Source: Promethearchaeota archaeon
GTDB taxonomy: Archaea; Asgardarchaeota; Odinarchaeia; Odinarchaeales; JBHLKK01
Direction: 5' to 3'
NCBI GenBank assembly: GCA_048939465.1
Contig: JBHLPL010000038.1
Location: 1 to 16,342, forward strand
Length of the DNA stretch: 16,342 bases
Below are positions 7,154 through 15,789 of the stretch, in pieces; the stretch's first letter is position 1, and every line of letters starts with the position of its first letter. A program made the translations under genes and the position numbers. Under the pieces are notes generated by a model that was not told where the DNA came from, did no database searches, and saw only the letters and a program-made list of their open reading frames with translations.

Positions 7154-8173
7154 ATGGTTCGAAAGACCCCAAGTGAGAGCGTGCGGATCCTGGCTCTAGT
7201 AAAATACGTATTGAAAAGAATAGCCACTGGACTAGTAACCTTCTTCTTTGTGATAGTCTTGAACTTTTTCATTTTTTGGGTCATGCCCGGTAATCCTGTC
7301 CAAATATACATACACAATACTCATTGGAATGAAGAGCAGATAGCCCATCTTATGAGAGTACTGGGATTAGATAGGCCGTGGTATTTGCTGTTCTTCAGCT
7401 ATCTGGTAAATGTATTCACACTTAATTTCGGAACGTCATTCACGCACTTCAGGCCCGTCTCAAGTATGTTGCTCGAAGCACTACCCTACACAATGCTGCT
7501 GCTTATCCCTGCGACAATAGGCTCGATTTTTCTGGGAATGAAGCTAGGTGCAAAATCGGCGTGGAATTATGGAAAAAAGTCAGACCTATCGACTCTAATT
7601 GTATCCTTGGTATTCTATTCAATGCCCGTATTCTGGCTCGGAATGTTCATGATACTGATTTTCGGTTTCTATTTCAGACTGTTTCCAATAGCCGGCGTCA
7701 TGAGCGCACAGTGGTTGTGGGTAGATCCGTTATCGAACCCATTGGTTTTTGTGTTGGATATTGTTTGGCACATGGTCCTGCCGTTAATGACTTTAATATT
7801 GTACCTATTTGGCGGCTACTACCTCATCATGAGGAACACGATGCTTGACACCCTGACCCAGGACTATATAGTTACTGCGAAAGCAAAGGGGGCAAGCGAT
7901 AATGCAATTATGTACAAACACGCCCAAAAGAACGCTATGCTGCCGATGATAACCGTTGTTGTTTTGGCGTTTGCCACTATATTTAGTGGTGCCGTTCTTA
8001 CGGAGACGATTTTTTCATGGCCAGGTATGGGTAAGTTGATGTACACTGCCGCATTGGAGCAAGATTATCCTGTTTTATGGGGCACATTTAGTATGTTGGC
8101 TATGTTGGTGGTTATTGCAAACATCGTAGCAGATATCCTATACGCGTACCTGGATCCTAGAATAAGATACTAA
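7154..8173 (+). CDS. dppB: Peptide/nickel ABC transporter permease, DppB/OppB family (copy 1)
   Basis: YVLKR N-terminus, LGLDRP, SMPVFWLG, EAA loop RNTMLDTLTQDYIVTAKAKG, VLTETIFSWPGMG, C-terminal DPRIRY. The start is uncertain (ATG 7154, or CTG 7190 aligned with the ATG of copy 2). Confidence 0.93.
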   Translation: MVRKTPSESVRILALVKYVLKRIATGLVTFFFVIVLNFFIFWVMPGNPVQIYIHNTHWNEEQIAHLMRVLGLDRPWYLLFFSYLVNVFTLNFGTSFTHFRPVSSMLLEALPYTMLLLIPATIGSIFLGMKLGAKSAWNYGKKSDLSTLIVSLVFYSMPVFWLGMFMILIFGFYFRLFPIAGVMSAQWLWVDPLSNPLVFVLDIVWHMVLPLMTLILYLFGGYYLIMRNTMLDTLTQDYIVTAKAKGASDNAIMYKHAQKNAMLPMITVVVLAFATIFSGAVLTETIFSWPGMGKLMYTAALEQDYPVLWGTFSMLAMLVVIANIVADILYAYLDPRIRY

Positions 8174-8185
8174 GAAACGATTGTC

Positions 8186-8199
8186 GCGCTTTACAGCGC
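8186..8199 (+). terminator. Possible small terminator hairpin after dppB copy 1
   Basis: GCGCT-TTAC-AGCGC just after the stop codon, followed by a T/G-rich tract. Confidence 0.2.
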
Positions 8200-8349
8200 C
8201 CGATTGTGTCGTTGTTGCGTCCTTGGAACCCCTCAGTCTTCAACACATCTTTGAACGTAATGTTATCGATCTTGTACTTCAAAAATAGAATTTGTTCTGT
8301 CCGTTGCAAAAAGAGCAAATTTCGCTCTATTTGCCATAACCAAGTTTCA

Positions 8350-8402
8350 AAATAATACAATAAGAATAATCTTTGTACTATTTCTATCAACATGTTTTTA
8401 AG
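8350..8402 (+). promoter_or_regulatory. Putative promoter of dppB copy 2/dppC
   Basis: AAATAATACAATAAG (8350-8364) and TTTTTAAG (8395-8402), homologous to 7046-7097. Confidence 0.55.
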
Positions 8403-8495
8403 TAAATTTACACCTAGAATATGGACATAAACCCGATGTGTCGATAGAACAGGATCTAGATCTTTAGAGAAGCCTTAAGCGAGGGTGCGCTGATC

Positions 8496-9482
8496 ATGGG
8501 CTTAGGAAAATACGTATTGAAGAGAGTGGGTACCGGGCTAGTAACCTTCTTTTTTGTGATAGTCTTAAACTTTTTCATCTTTTGGATCATGCCCGGTGAT
8601 CCAGTAGCGCTACTCGTTTACGGAATACCTGGCATGACCCCAGAGCAGATAGAGCGCCTCATTCACGTGCTAGGATTGGATAGACCATGGTATATGCTGT
8701 TTCTTAGCTATCTGGTGAATATATTCACTTTCAATTTCGGAGTCTCGTTCTCACAATTCAGACCGGTCTCAAGCATTCTGTTAGAGGCTTTGCCGTACAC
8801 AATACTTCTACTTGTTCCTGCAACAATAGGATCAGTGTTTGTTGGAATGAAGCTTGGCGTGAAGTCAGCATGGAACTATGGAAAGAAATCAGACCTATCA
8901 ACCTTAATTACATCTCTGGTATTCTATTCTATGCCAATATTCTGGCTCGGAATGTTCATGATACTTATCTTTGGTTTTTACCTCAGACTGTTCCCGATAG
9001 CTGGCGTTATGAGTTCATTCTGGCTATGGGTAGATCCGCTATCCAATCCACTAGTTTTCGTACTAGACATTCTATGGCACATGTTCCTGCCCTGTCTAAC
9101 CCTGATACTGTTCTTGTTCGGTGGTTATTACCTCATCATGAGGAACACGATGCTCGACACCCTGACCCAGGACTATATAGTCACAGCGAAGGCGAAAGGT
9201 GCAAGCGACAGAGCGGTAATGTACAAACACGCCCAGAAGAACGCTATGCTGCCGATGATAACGGTCATTGTTCTGGCTTTCGCCACGATATTTAGTGGTG
9301 CCGTCCTTACGGAGACGATTTTTTCATGGCCCGGTATGGGTAGGTTGATGTACACTGCCGCAATGGCGCAGGACTATCCCGTTCTGTGGGGTACCTTCAG
9401 TATCCTAGCCATGCTAGTAGTGTTCGCAAACATTCTTGCCGACATATTGTACGGATACCTTGATCCAAGGATAAAATATTGA
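8496..9482 (+). CDS. dppB: Peptide/nickel ABC transporter permease, DppB/OppB family (copy 2)
   Basis: Same motifs as copy 1: MPGDP, LGLDRP, EAA loop, ETIFSWPGMG, DPRIKY. Confidence 0.95.
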   Translation: MGLGKYVLKRVGTGLVTFFFVIVLNFFIFWIMPGDPVALLVYGIPGMTPEQIERLIHVLGLDRPWYMLFLSYLVNIFTFNFGVSFSQFRPVSSILLEALPYTILLLVPATIGSVFVGMKLGVKSAWNYGKKSDLSTLITSLVFYSMPIFWLGMFMILIFGFYLRLFPIAGVMSSFWLWVDPLSNPLVFVLDILWHMFLPCLTLILFLFGGYYLIMRNTMLDTLTQDYIVTAKAKGASDRAVMYKHAQKNAMLPMITVIVLAFATIFSGAVLTETIFSWPGMGRLMYTAAMAQDYPVLWGTFSILAMLVVFANILADILYGYLDPRIKY

Positions 9483-9507
9483 GAGAGCTAAAGGAGTGCG
9501 ATTGATA

Positions 9508-10443
9508 ATGGAAGAAGCCGAATATAAAGTCAAAGCTAAGGCCAAATCCAAAGAAATGCAAAGAACAAGGGTAGGGTTACGTAGTTCACTGAGGAAATAT
9601 AGAATTCGCATTTCGAGATTTTGGAGACTCTACAGGCAGAGTAAAATGGGAGTGATAGGACTGGTACTGCTTGTGACATTCGTAGTTGTAGCAATCTTTG
9701 CGCCTTATATAGCACCCTATACCCCTAATGACTTCTTCGTTGGAACGTCACTGGAGTCCCCAAGCTTCCAACACCTTCTCGGATGTGATGAAATAGGCAG
9801 AGATATACTTTCTCTACTAATCTATGGTACAAGAATATCTCTTACTGTAGGTCTGCTGGCATCACTTGGCACAGTCCTCATTGGAACCCTTGTTGGATTG
9901 GTGGCAGGATACTCGGGAGGGAGAGTAGACGAAGCTCTTATGAGGATAACTGATGTAATCCTCATGCTGCCCGGAATTCCGCTGCTGATTGTCTTCGCTG
10001 CTATGCTTGGTGCAAGTTTGATGAACATTATAACCATCATTGTGATACTCACCTGGGCACCGACGGCAAGGGTCATCCGAGCTCAGGTTCTCTCGATGAA
10101 GGAACGGCCTTTTATAGAAGCTGCAAGAGCGGTTGGAGGCAGTGACAGACACGTAATAGTTCATCATATACTGCCCAATGTCCTGCCTTTGGTATTCACC
10201 TATATGATTCTGAATATTCCGGTGGCAATAGTCACTGAGGCTTCCTTGAGTTTCTTGGGTCTCGGTGACGTGAGCGCTGCAAGCTGGGGAATGATGCTAA
10301 ACTTCGCATTTAACGCAGGAGCAATCGATAGGTGGTATTACATAATACCTCCTGGAGCTCTCATCACGGTACTGGCGTTCGTGTTTGCGCTAATAGGCCA
10401 TGCAATGGACGAGGTAATAAATCCGAGACTCAGACAAAGATAG
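9508..10443 (+). CDS. dppC: Peptide/nickel ABC transporter permease, DppC/OppC family
   Basis: HLLGCDEIGRDILS..IYGTRISL, EAA loop ARVIRAQVLSMKERPFIEAARAVG, HILPNV, EASLSFLGLG, SWGMML, DEVINPR. Probable start is ATG 9508 after AAGGAG. Confidence 0.95.
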   Translation: MEEAEYKVKAKAKSKEMQRTRVGLRSSLRKYRIRISRFWRLYRQSKMGVIGLVLLVTFVVVAIFAPYIAPYTPNDFFVGTSLESPSFQHLLGCDEIGRDILSLLIYGTRISLTVGLLASLGTVLIGTLVGLVAGYSGGRVDEALMRITDVILMLPGIPLLIVFAAMLGASLMNIITIIVILTWAPTARVIRAQVLSMKERPFIEAARAVGGSDRHVIVHHILPNVLPLVFTYMILNIPVAIVTEASLSFLGLGDVSAASWGMMLNFAFNAGAIDRWYYIIPPGALITVLAFVFALIGHAMDEVINPRLRQR

Positions 10444-10494
10444 AAGAAAAGACCGAGCCAAATTCGCTGCAAAAGGCAAGAACAACGCATCTAT

Positions 10495-10517
10495 CCTTCT
10501 TCTTTTTGCCAAGAAGG
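10495..10517. terminator. Possible terminator between convergent dppC and the kinase-like gene
   Basis: CCTTCTT/AAGAAGG 7-bp stem with a T-rich loop in the convergent intergenic gap. Confidence 0.3.
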
Positions 10518-10589
10518 CGATATTTGACTCTTGCTGTACGACGGTTGAAAACCGACTCAGGTATCAGTGGAAGCAGGTTCTCTGATGGT

Positions 10590-11285
10590 CTAGGATGCCG
10601 GTAGCCATGGTGGTATCAAGAGTATTGGCGAAAACAGCATGGCCAAGACCAGTATCAAGAAAGAGACTGAAGGAACAGTTATGTTATCATCGATGGGGGG
10701 AAATTCGAAATGCTCAATAACAGATACAGCTGCTCCGGCCAACATGCCAGCTATACCTAATACTGCACCCACAGGAATCGAAAAGGCAGCCATGGCTAAA
10801 TTCCCCCACCACGATTTCGTCCTTTTCTTATAAATAGTATTTCTCACAAGTCCTGTAAACGCATCACCAACGGCCATGAAAAGCACAGGCAATACACCAA
10901 ACCAGAAGTTCCCTCCAGAGACGATCCAGCCAAGAGTCAAGATAGTACCCCACATCAGGCAGAATGTTACTTCATAGGCATTGTCTTCGGTTTGAAACCA
11001 GTACATTAGTCTACCCGTCCTGTGGGGGGCGTAAGTAAGGACCGCCAGTAGCATTGACATAATAAACGGAAGAATCGGTGTTCTAAATATAAGAGGAACC
11101 AGAGCAGCTACCACTCCTCCGACCAGAATATGTATGGTCTTTCGGTTATAATAGACTGCAACGTTGTGCTCGTAGCCTCTCCGGTCTGTCATATAATTGT
11201 ACAAACTCCTTGTAAGAATTGTTACCACAAATAAGACCCAAGCAAGAAGCAAAGCAGTTGCTAGCAATTCCCCTGTTGATATCAT
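10590..11285 (-). CDS. Polyprenol/dolichol kinase-like membrane protein (CTP-transferase superfamily, COG0170-like)
   Basis: Multi-TM protein with RKTIHILVGG, AVGDAFTGLV, KRTKSWWG and IDDNITVP motifs. Confidence 0.75.
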   Translation of the reverse strand: MISTGELLATALLLAWVLFVVTILTRSLYNYMTDRRGYEHNVAVYYNRKTIHILVGGVVAALVPLIFRTPILPFIMSMLLAVLTYAPHRTGRLMYWFQTEDNAYEVTFCLMWGTILTLGWIVSGGNFWFGVLPVLFMAVGDAFTGLVRNTIYKKRTKSWWGNLAMAAFSIPVGAVLGIAGMLAGAAVSVIEHFEFPPIDDNITVPSVSFLILVLAMLFSPILLIPPWLPAS

Positions 11286-11470
11286 GACTACTGTTTTCTG
11301 ACAATGTACGATAAAAGGCTTGCTTTGATACTGCCAAGAATAATCAGTGACCGTACAAGTTATAAAGAATTTTGCCTTTCATTAAGGTGCGATGCATTTC
11401 AGAAGACGATAGGTAGGATTAGATCACCAACAGAGTAAGTAAGCTCAAACATGGCAAGGAAGGAGTAGAA

Positions 11471-12016
11471 GTGAAGAAGATCTTGAATTTGCCAGAAACG
11501 GTGTACGATGAAATTGAAAAAACAGTCAAAAGAATGCTAGATAGAGATGAAGCAGATCCAAGAGTTATAGATTCGACGAGAGTCAACAGGTTAGCGGAGG
11601 AGCAAAAGGACAAAGGAGAGTTTTTCGCGAATTTTTATTCATTACTGGTCTTTAACATTGCCGATCGAACAACCCTCGATGAGGCCAAAGCCTGGGTTGA
11701 ATTCGTTGAGGAGCTGGCAGCGGAACAAGCAAAGGGCCAGGAAAAGCCAGAGGAATTCTTAGGTAACTTCTATTCGCTTATAGTTGAATTCATTGCCATG
11801 AGCGAAAGCATGGATAAGGAACTCATTGACTCTTGGATGGATTTCGTAGAAGAAAGCGTAGAGAAACGATCAAAGAATCAGAAGGATCCCGAAGAGTTCA
11901 TGCAGAACTTCTACAATATGGTCCTCACAAAACTGGTGGAAATCAGGAAAATCAGGTTCAGTAGCGAGTTCATCACAGAGAATTTCATTGAGGATGAAAC
12001 GCCTGAGGACGAGTAA
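11471..12016 (+). CDS. Hypothetical acidic helical protein with three ~46-aa internal repeats
   Basis: AGGAG RBS before the GTG. Repeats start at Q45, Q90 and Q137 (Q.[DK]..EF..NFY.[LM]); the first two also carry W..FVEE. Confidence 0.75.
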   Translation: MKKILNLPETVYDEIEKTVKRMLDRDEADPRVIDSTRVNRLAEEQKDKGEFFANFYSLLVFNIADRTTLDEAKAWVEFVEELAAEQAKGQEKPEEFLGNFYSLIVEFIAMSESMDKELIDSWMDFVEESVEKRSKNQKDPEEFMQNFYNMVLTKLVEIRKIRFSSEFITENFIEDETPEDE

Positions 12017-12218
12017 CAGTTTTAACAAATTTCGTTTCGAATGTGCCTTGAGGTCGATCTTCAGGAATCGTAGTTTTGATGTTTCCCACTGATTGACTGA
12101 TTTTGGAGAAATGTTTAAGTAGGGCAAGAATCCGTATTGCTTGTTTGCTAATGATTGGCAGCTGATCTGGCCTTTGTTGATTAAGTCCATCTGGTTATTA
12201 ACTGTGGAGCCACAAAAA

Positions 12219-12656
12219 ATGGTCGAATTAGCGTTCCAGCGCGTGATGGATTTGCCCGTAGTTGAGGGGTTTTTGGAGCTCTCGCTCGAAGACTTGGAAG
12301 AAGTCAAGAATTGTCTCAGTCTTTATGGTATTAAGAAGGCGGTGGTATTCTTCTGGGAGGATGAGGATCAAGGCAGAATATGCTTTGTACCTTTAGAAAA
12401 GCAGAAGCTGATTCTGTACACTGCTGATCTCAAGCAAGAATTCATTGATGATGCCAAGTCGCTTCTTAAGCTAGCAAACAAACCTAGATGGGAGATTGAC
12501 GACCTAACTCTGATAAACACAGCCAAAAGAGAATTTGGCACCTCAAGGAACTTTGGTTACATAGAGCGTCTTGTACTGGTTGCAAGAGACATGCTTCGAT
12601 ATGGAGATGAAGTCTATGATAATCGTAAGTTAAGGAGTAGAAACCGGATTGAATAA
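12219..12656 (+). CDS. Hypothetical protein (~145 aa)
   Basis: Probable start is ATG 12219 after GGAG (track 12141). The composition is protein-like and the stop overlaps the next start. No family recognised. Confidence 0.6.
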   Translation: MVELAFQRVMDLPVVEGFLELSLEDLEEVKNCLSLYGIKKAVVFFWEDEDQGRICFVPLEKQKLILYTADLKQEFIDDAKSLLKLANKPRWEIDDLTLINTAKREFGTSRNFGYIERLVLVARDMLRYGDEVYDNRKLRSRNRIE

Positions 12657-13773
12657 GAAACTTGTGAAGTTCAAGATACTCTTAAGGCACAACTGGTTTG
12701 CCATAGCAATTATCGCATTATGGTTCGTAGTAAATTTCTTTGTATTCTACATATGGACCGGGTTTAACCTAGCTGAGGCTTTGTTAATCACGTTTTACTT
12801 CGTAGAAATGCAGACCTATTACGGCAGTTTCTATTTGGTGCTGAGTGGTTTTGTCGTATTTGGAATCCTTTTTTCGTTTATCACAACCGAGCTTTATCGG
12901 AAGTATAATCCCAAGGAGACCTGCCTCATTCTTGCTCGAGCTATGAACGACCACATCATAATAGTTGGATGTTCACATCTTGGCCAGAGAATCAGAGAAT
13001 TTCTGGTTGAAAATAGCAAGAAGTATGTAGTAGTCGAAGAAGATGAGGAACTAGTTTCAGACCTGATTGAAGAGGAGGAGCCGATAGTCACGGGGAAGCT
13101 GGACACTGATCTTCTAAAAGACGCAAGGATCGAAAGAGCCAAACTGGTCTTCATTACAAAAAGAGATCTTGAGACTCAGATTGTAGCAGCAGGATTAATA
13201 AGAGACCTCAATAAGGAATGTCGGATTATTTGCCGTCTTTTTGATGATTCCATTGCCGATGTTATAGAAAAGACATATCAGTGTCAAGTAATATCGACAT
13301 CAAGGTTTGCGGCCGAGTATATTCTTTCAGAGCACATATTAGATGACACCGGGACCCCAGTCGTTAAGAACATACTAATAATTGGATGTACAAACACAGC
13401 GCGCAGACTGATTAGGAAATTGAAAAATAGAAAAATCAAGTATACGTTAATTGAGAGAGACCGTGAAAAGGCTGAGGATCTCTTGGACAGGGAACCAGTA
13501 ATCATTGGCGACGCCAAAGATGAGGTCACTCTGGAATTGGCTGGCACGAATGCTGTGGACATGGTAATGATTTTCATCGATACAGTGGATCAACTACTGG
13601 TAATCGCTGACAAGGTCAGGGAAATAAACAAAGAATGCAAATTGATTTGCCGGTTCTTTCACGAAGAAGTCGCAGAGATCCTGGAGAAACCGCCCTTTAA
13701 TGCAAGAATCATTTCGACATCTTTGCATACCTTAGAAAAGATGATCAAAGAAGGAGTCTTTAACGGCCTTTAG
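12649..13773 (+). CDS. Potassium-channel/TrkA-like protein: N-terminal membrane segment plus two RCK_N (TrkA_N) domains
   Basis: Hydrophobic N-terminal helices. RCK_N motifs DHIIIVGCSHLG...YVVVEED...ARIERAKLVFI and NILIIGCTNTA...YTLIERD...VIIGDAKDEVTLELAG. Confidence 0.8.
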   Translation: MNKKLVKFKILLRHNWFAIAIIALWFVVNFFVFYIWTGFNLAEALLITFYFVEMQTYYGSFYLVLSGFVVFGILFSFITTELYRKYNPKETCLILARAMNDHIIIVGCSHLGQRIREFLVENSKKYVVVEEDEELVSDLIEEEEPIVTGKLDTDLLKDARIERAKLVFITKRDLETQIVAAGLIRDLNKECRIICRLFDDSIADVIEKTYQCQVISTSRFAAEYILSEHILDDTGTPVVKNILIIGCTNTARRLIRKLKNRKIKYTLIERDREKAEDLLDREPVIIGDAKDEVTLELAGTNAVDMVMIFIDTVDQLLVIADKVREINKECKLICRFFHEEVAEILEKPPFNARIISTSLHTLEKMIKEGVFNGL

Positions 13774-13828
13774 AGAATCAAACGATGACCGATTTTGTCA
13801 TTAGTAACCCAAGGAAGATCGCTTGAGA

Positions 13829-14677
13829 CTATGACTTACTGGGTTCGGGACCTGCCAGTTTTTCCAAGTCCTTTATTTTTCCAAGACGACTACCGTCAAG
13901 AAGGAAGGCATCTGCATTTCTAACGCCTTCACTATCGGCCTGAAGTATCGGACCGAGTAGCTTAGGCTCCCTAAGATTTAGCGGTAGTCCTCCCAGTAGA
14001 TGATTGAATGCAGGCAGTATTATTAGGTTTGGTCGTTTAGGCATTACACCGAATCTTTCTTGAAAGGTCTTCAACGGATTTTTGGTCCTAATACCCGCAT
14101 ACTTCAGATATCCGGTGACCAGTTTCCGGATATCTAATCTTCCTCTTATCCAAGCAGGTTCAATTGATCGAAAGCCGAGTATATCCCTGAACTGTATGGC
14201 AGGATGATTGTGGCCCATGATCAGGTAGTCTGCCCTGAAGAGCTCCGGAAAAGGCCAAGCATGGCCATGAATCAAGGCAACGGTCTCTTTCTCTTCGATA
14301 AGAGTTCCCTGAGACGGGTGTAGATAGACATCATCAGGGAGAGCCTTTGACACATCCCCGTCATGATTTCCAGGTACGATTGAGATTTTGGTGAGTTTGG
14401 TGAGCTTTTTCAGAAAGGAGCTTATGCGAAACTTGTGTGGGAAGATTGTGATTATCTGATGTTTTAGATCGCCCAAGACCACCAGTTGAGTAGGACTTAC
14501 TTGCTCAATCAGATTCTCAAGTCTTTTCAAGATCTTGGGTGTCTGGTTTGGGATCTTTATGCCTAGTTCCGCCAGCCTAAATTCATATCCGAGATGGAGA
14601 TCAGCCACACATAGAATAATTTCTCTTTTTGTCTTTATGGTCAAGGCAGGTGAGTTGATTATCGGTTGTATTCTCAT
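13829..14677 (-). CDS. Calcineurin-like metallophosphoesterase (archaeal COG1407-like)
   Basis: VADLHLGYE, LGDLKH, PGNHD, HGH, MGHNHP, LPAFN. Probable start is ATG 14677; the track's 56-aa extension looks non-coding. Confidence 0.88.
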   Translation of the reverse strand: MRIQPIINSPALTIKTKREIILCVADLHLGYEFRLAELGIKIPNQTPKILKRLENLIEQVSPTQLVVLGDLKHQIITIFPHKFRISSFLKKLTKLTKISIVPGNHDGDVSKALPDDVYLHPSQGTLIEEKETVALIHGHAWPFPELFRADYLIMGHNHPAIQFRDILGFRSIEPAWIRGRLDIRKLVTGYLKYAGIRTKNPLKTFQERFGVMPKRPNLIILPAFNHLLGGLPLNLREPKLLGPILQADSEGVRNADAFLLDGSRLGKIKDLEKLAGPEPSKS

Positions 14678-14817
14678 GAAGCCCGCCAACAGCACTTCTT
14701 TTGAGACTGATAATGTGCTTCCACAGCGTCGGTCACTAAAAAGCTTGCTACTCCCATTAAATCTGTAATGAATAAAAGCTTTACTCGAGAAAAGATAGAT
14801 CATTGGTTTATTAGTGA

Positions 14818-15789
14818 TTAAGACACGGCCAACGGTATTTTGCAATAATTGTCTCTTTCTACTAACATGGGTCTAATTCTTTTTCCGATATTAAACATTC
14901 TTAACCATTCAATATCAGCCAAAAACAATCCTGCATACGCTCCAGCATTACAAGCTATTCCACATCTTTCACATATAGGTTTGATTTCACTTTCAAATGT
15001 GTTAGATACAACACAAGATTGCTTTCTTCTACCATTACTATCTAAGTTTATGAAAAACCATTTTGGGCAGTAACTAGTCCAATTCTCACTTCTAAATAGA
15101 TTTAGCTGTTTTGATGTATTGGCAATAAAGTCCGGATATTTTTCCTTTGTCTCCAATAACTTATCTATGCTGTTATTTCTCTCTTTCCCATAGGGCAACC
15201 ATAGTTTATCATCGTAAGAAAACGGAGTATGAAACTGAAATGTGATTGCTTGAGCAAAAGGATACCATTCATTAACAACTTGTGGAATAGATTTATGGTT
15301 CAATCTATTTATAGTCATATTAATCACCGATTTTATTTCTGGATGATCGATGATGTTTTGTTTTATTTTTCTATATGTTTTCACTCCTCTAATCGTGTTG
15401 TGAATTTCTTCTGTTCCATCTATTGAAACGAAATAACCTACTCCAAAATCAATCAAAGGTAAGGTTCCATTTGTTACTATAGAGACATTTCCCCACTTCA
15501 TCTCATCTAAAATAGCTTCAATAACATCAGGTCTAAGAAGCGGTTCACCGCCAGTCAAGCTAATGGCGCATACTCCTTTTTGAATAATTTCTTTCCTTAT
15601 TATGCCTCTCCATTCATTAGGACTTAATTCTTTACGTGAATTGTTATTTTGCCACCAATAACAATGCTTACATCTTAGATTGCAACGATTTGTGATATCA
15701 ACAGACCCAAATATCGGAATTTTTCGATTCATTAACTTTGTTTGAATTATTTTACCAGCAATTTTTATAATAGTAATCATTTTTTTCAT
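14818..15789 (-). CDS. Radical SAM protein with C-terminal Cys-rich (SPASM/twitch-like) extension
   Basis: ITNRCNLRCKHC, LTGGEPLLRPD, VTNG, VSIDG.EEIHNTIRG; C-terminal C..W...SC...CERC..AC. Confidence 0.9.
   Translation of the reverse strand: MKKMITIIKIAGKIIQTKLMNRKIPIFGSVDITNRCNLRCKHCYWWQNNNSRKELSPNEWRGIIRKEIIQKGVCAISLTGGEPLLRPDVIEAILDEMKWGNVSIVTNGTLPLIDFGVGYFVSIDGTEEIHNTIRGVKTYRKIKQNIIDHPEIKSVINMTINRLNHKSIPQVVNEWYPFAQAITFQFHTPFSYDDKLWLPYGKERNNSIDKLLETKEKYPDFIANTSKQLNLFRSENWTSYCPKWFFINLDSNGRRKQSCVVSNTFESEIKPICERCGIACNAGAYAGLFLADIEWLRMFNIGKRIRPMLVERDNYCKIPLAVS

Larger units (their letters stand above)
7000..9482 (+). repeat. Tandem duplication of dppB with its upstream region (units ~7000-8173 and ~8300-9482)
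   Basis: The proteins are roughly 80-85% identical by my alignment. Upstream homology includes an identical 15-mer, the TATA box and similar TATA-to-start spacing. Confidence 0.9.

Noticed and set aside
8157-8393. 78-aa minus-strand ORF between the dppB copies
   Set aside because: It overlaps the duplicated promoter and has no recognisable family or RBS.
7561-10833. Alternative-frame and antisense ORFs in the dpp region, including similar pairs at 7561/8870 and 7864/9173
   Set aside because: Their mutual similarity is a by-product of the dppB duplication, not independent coding.
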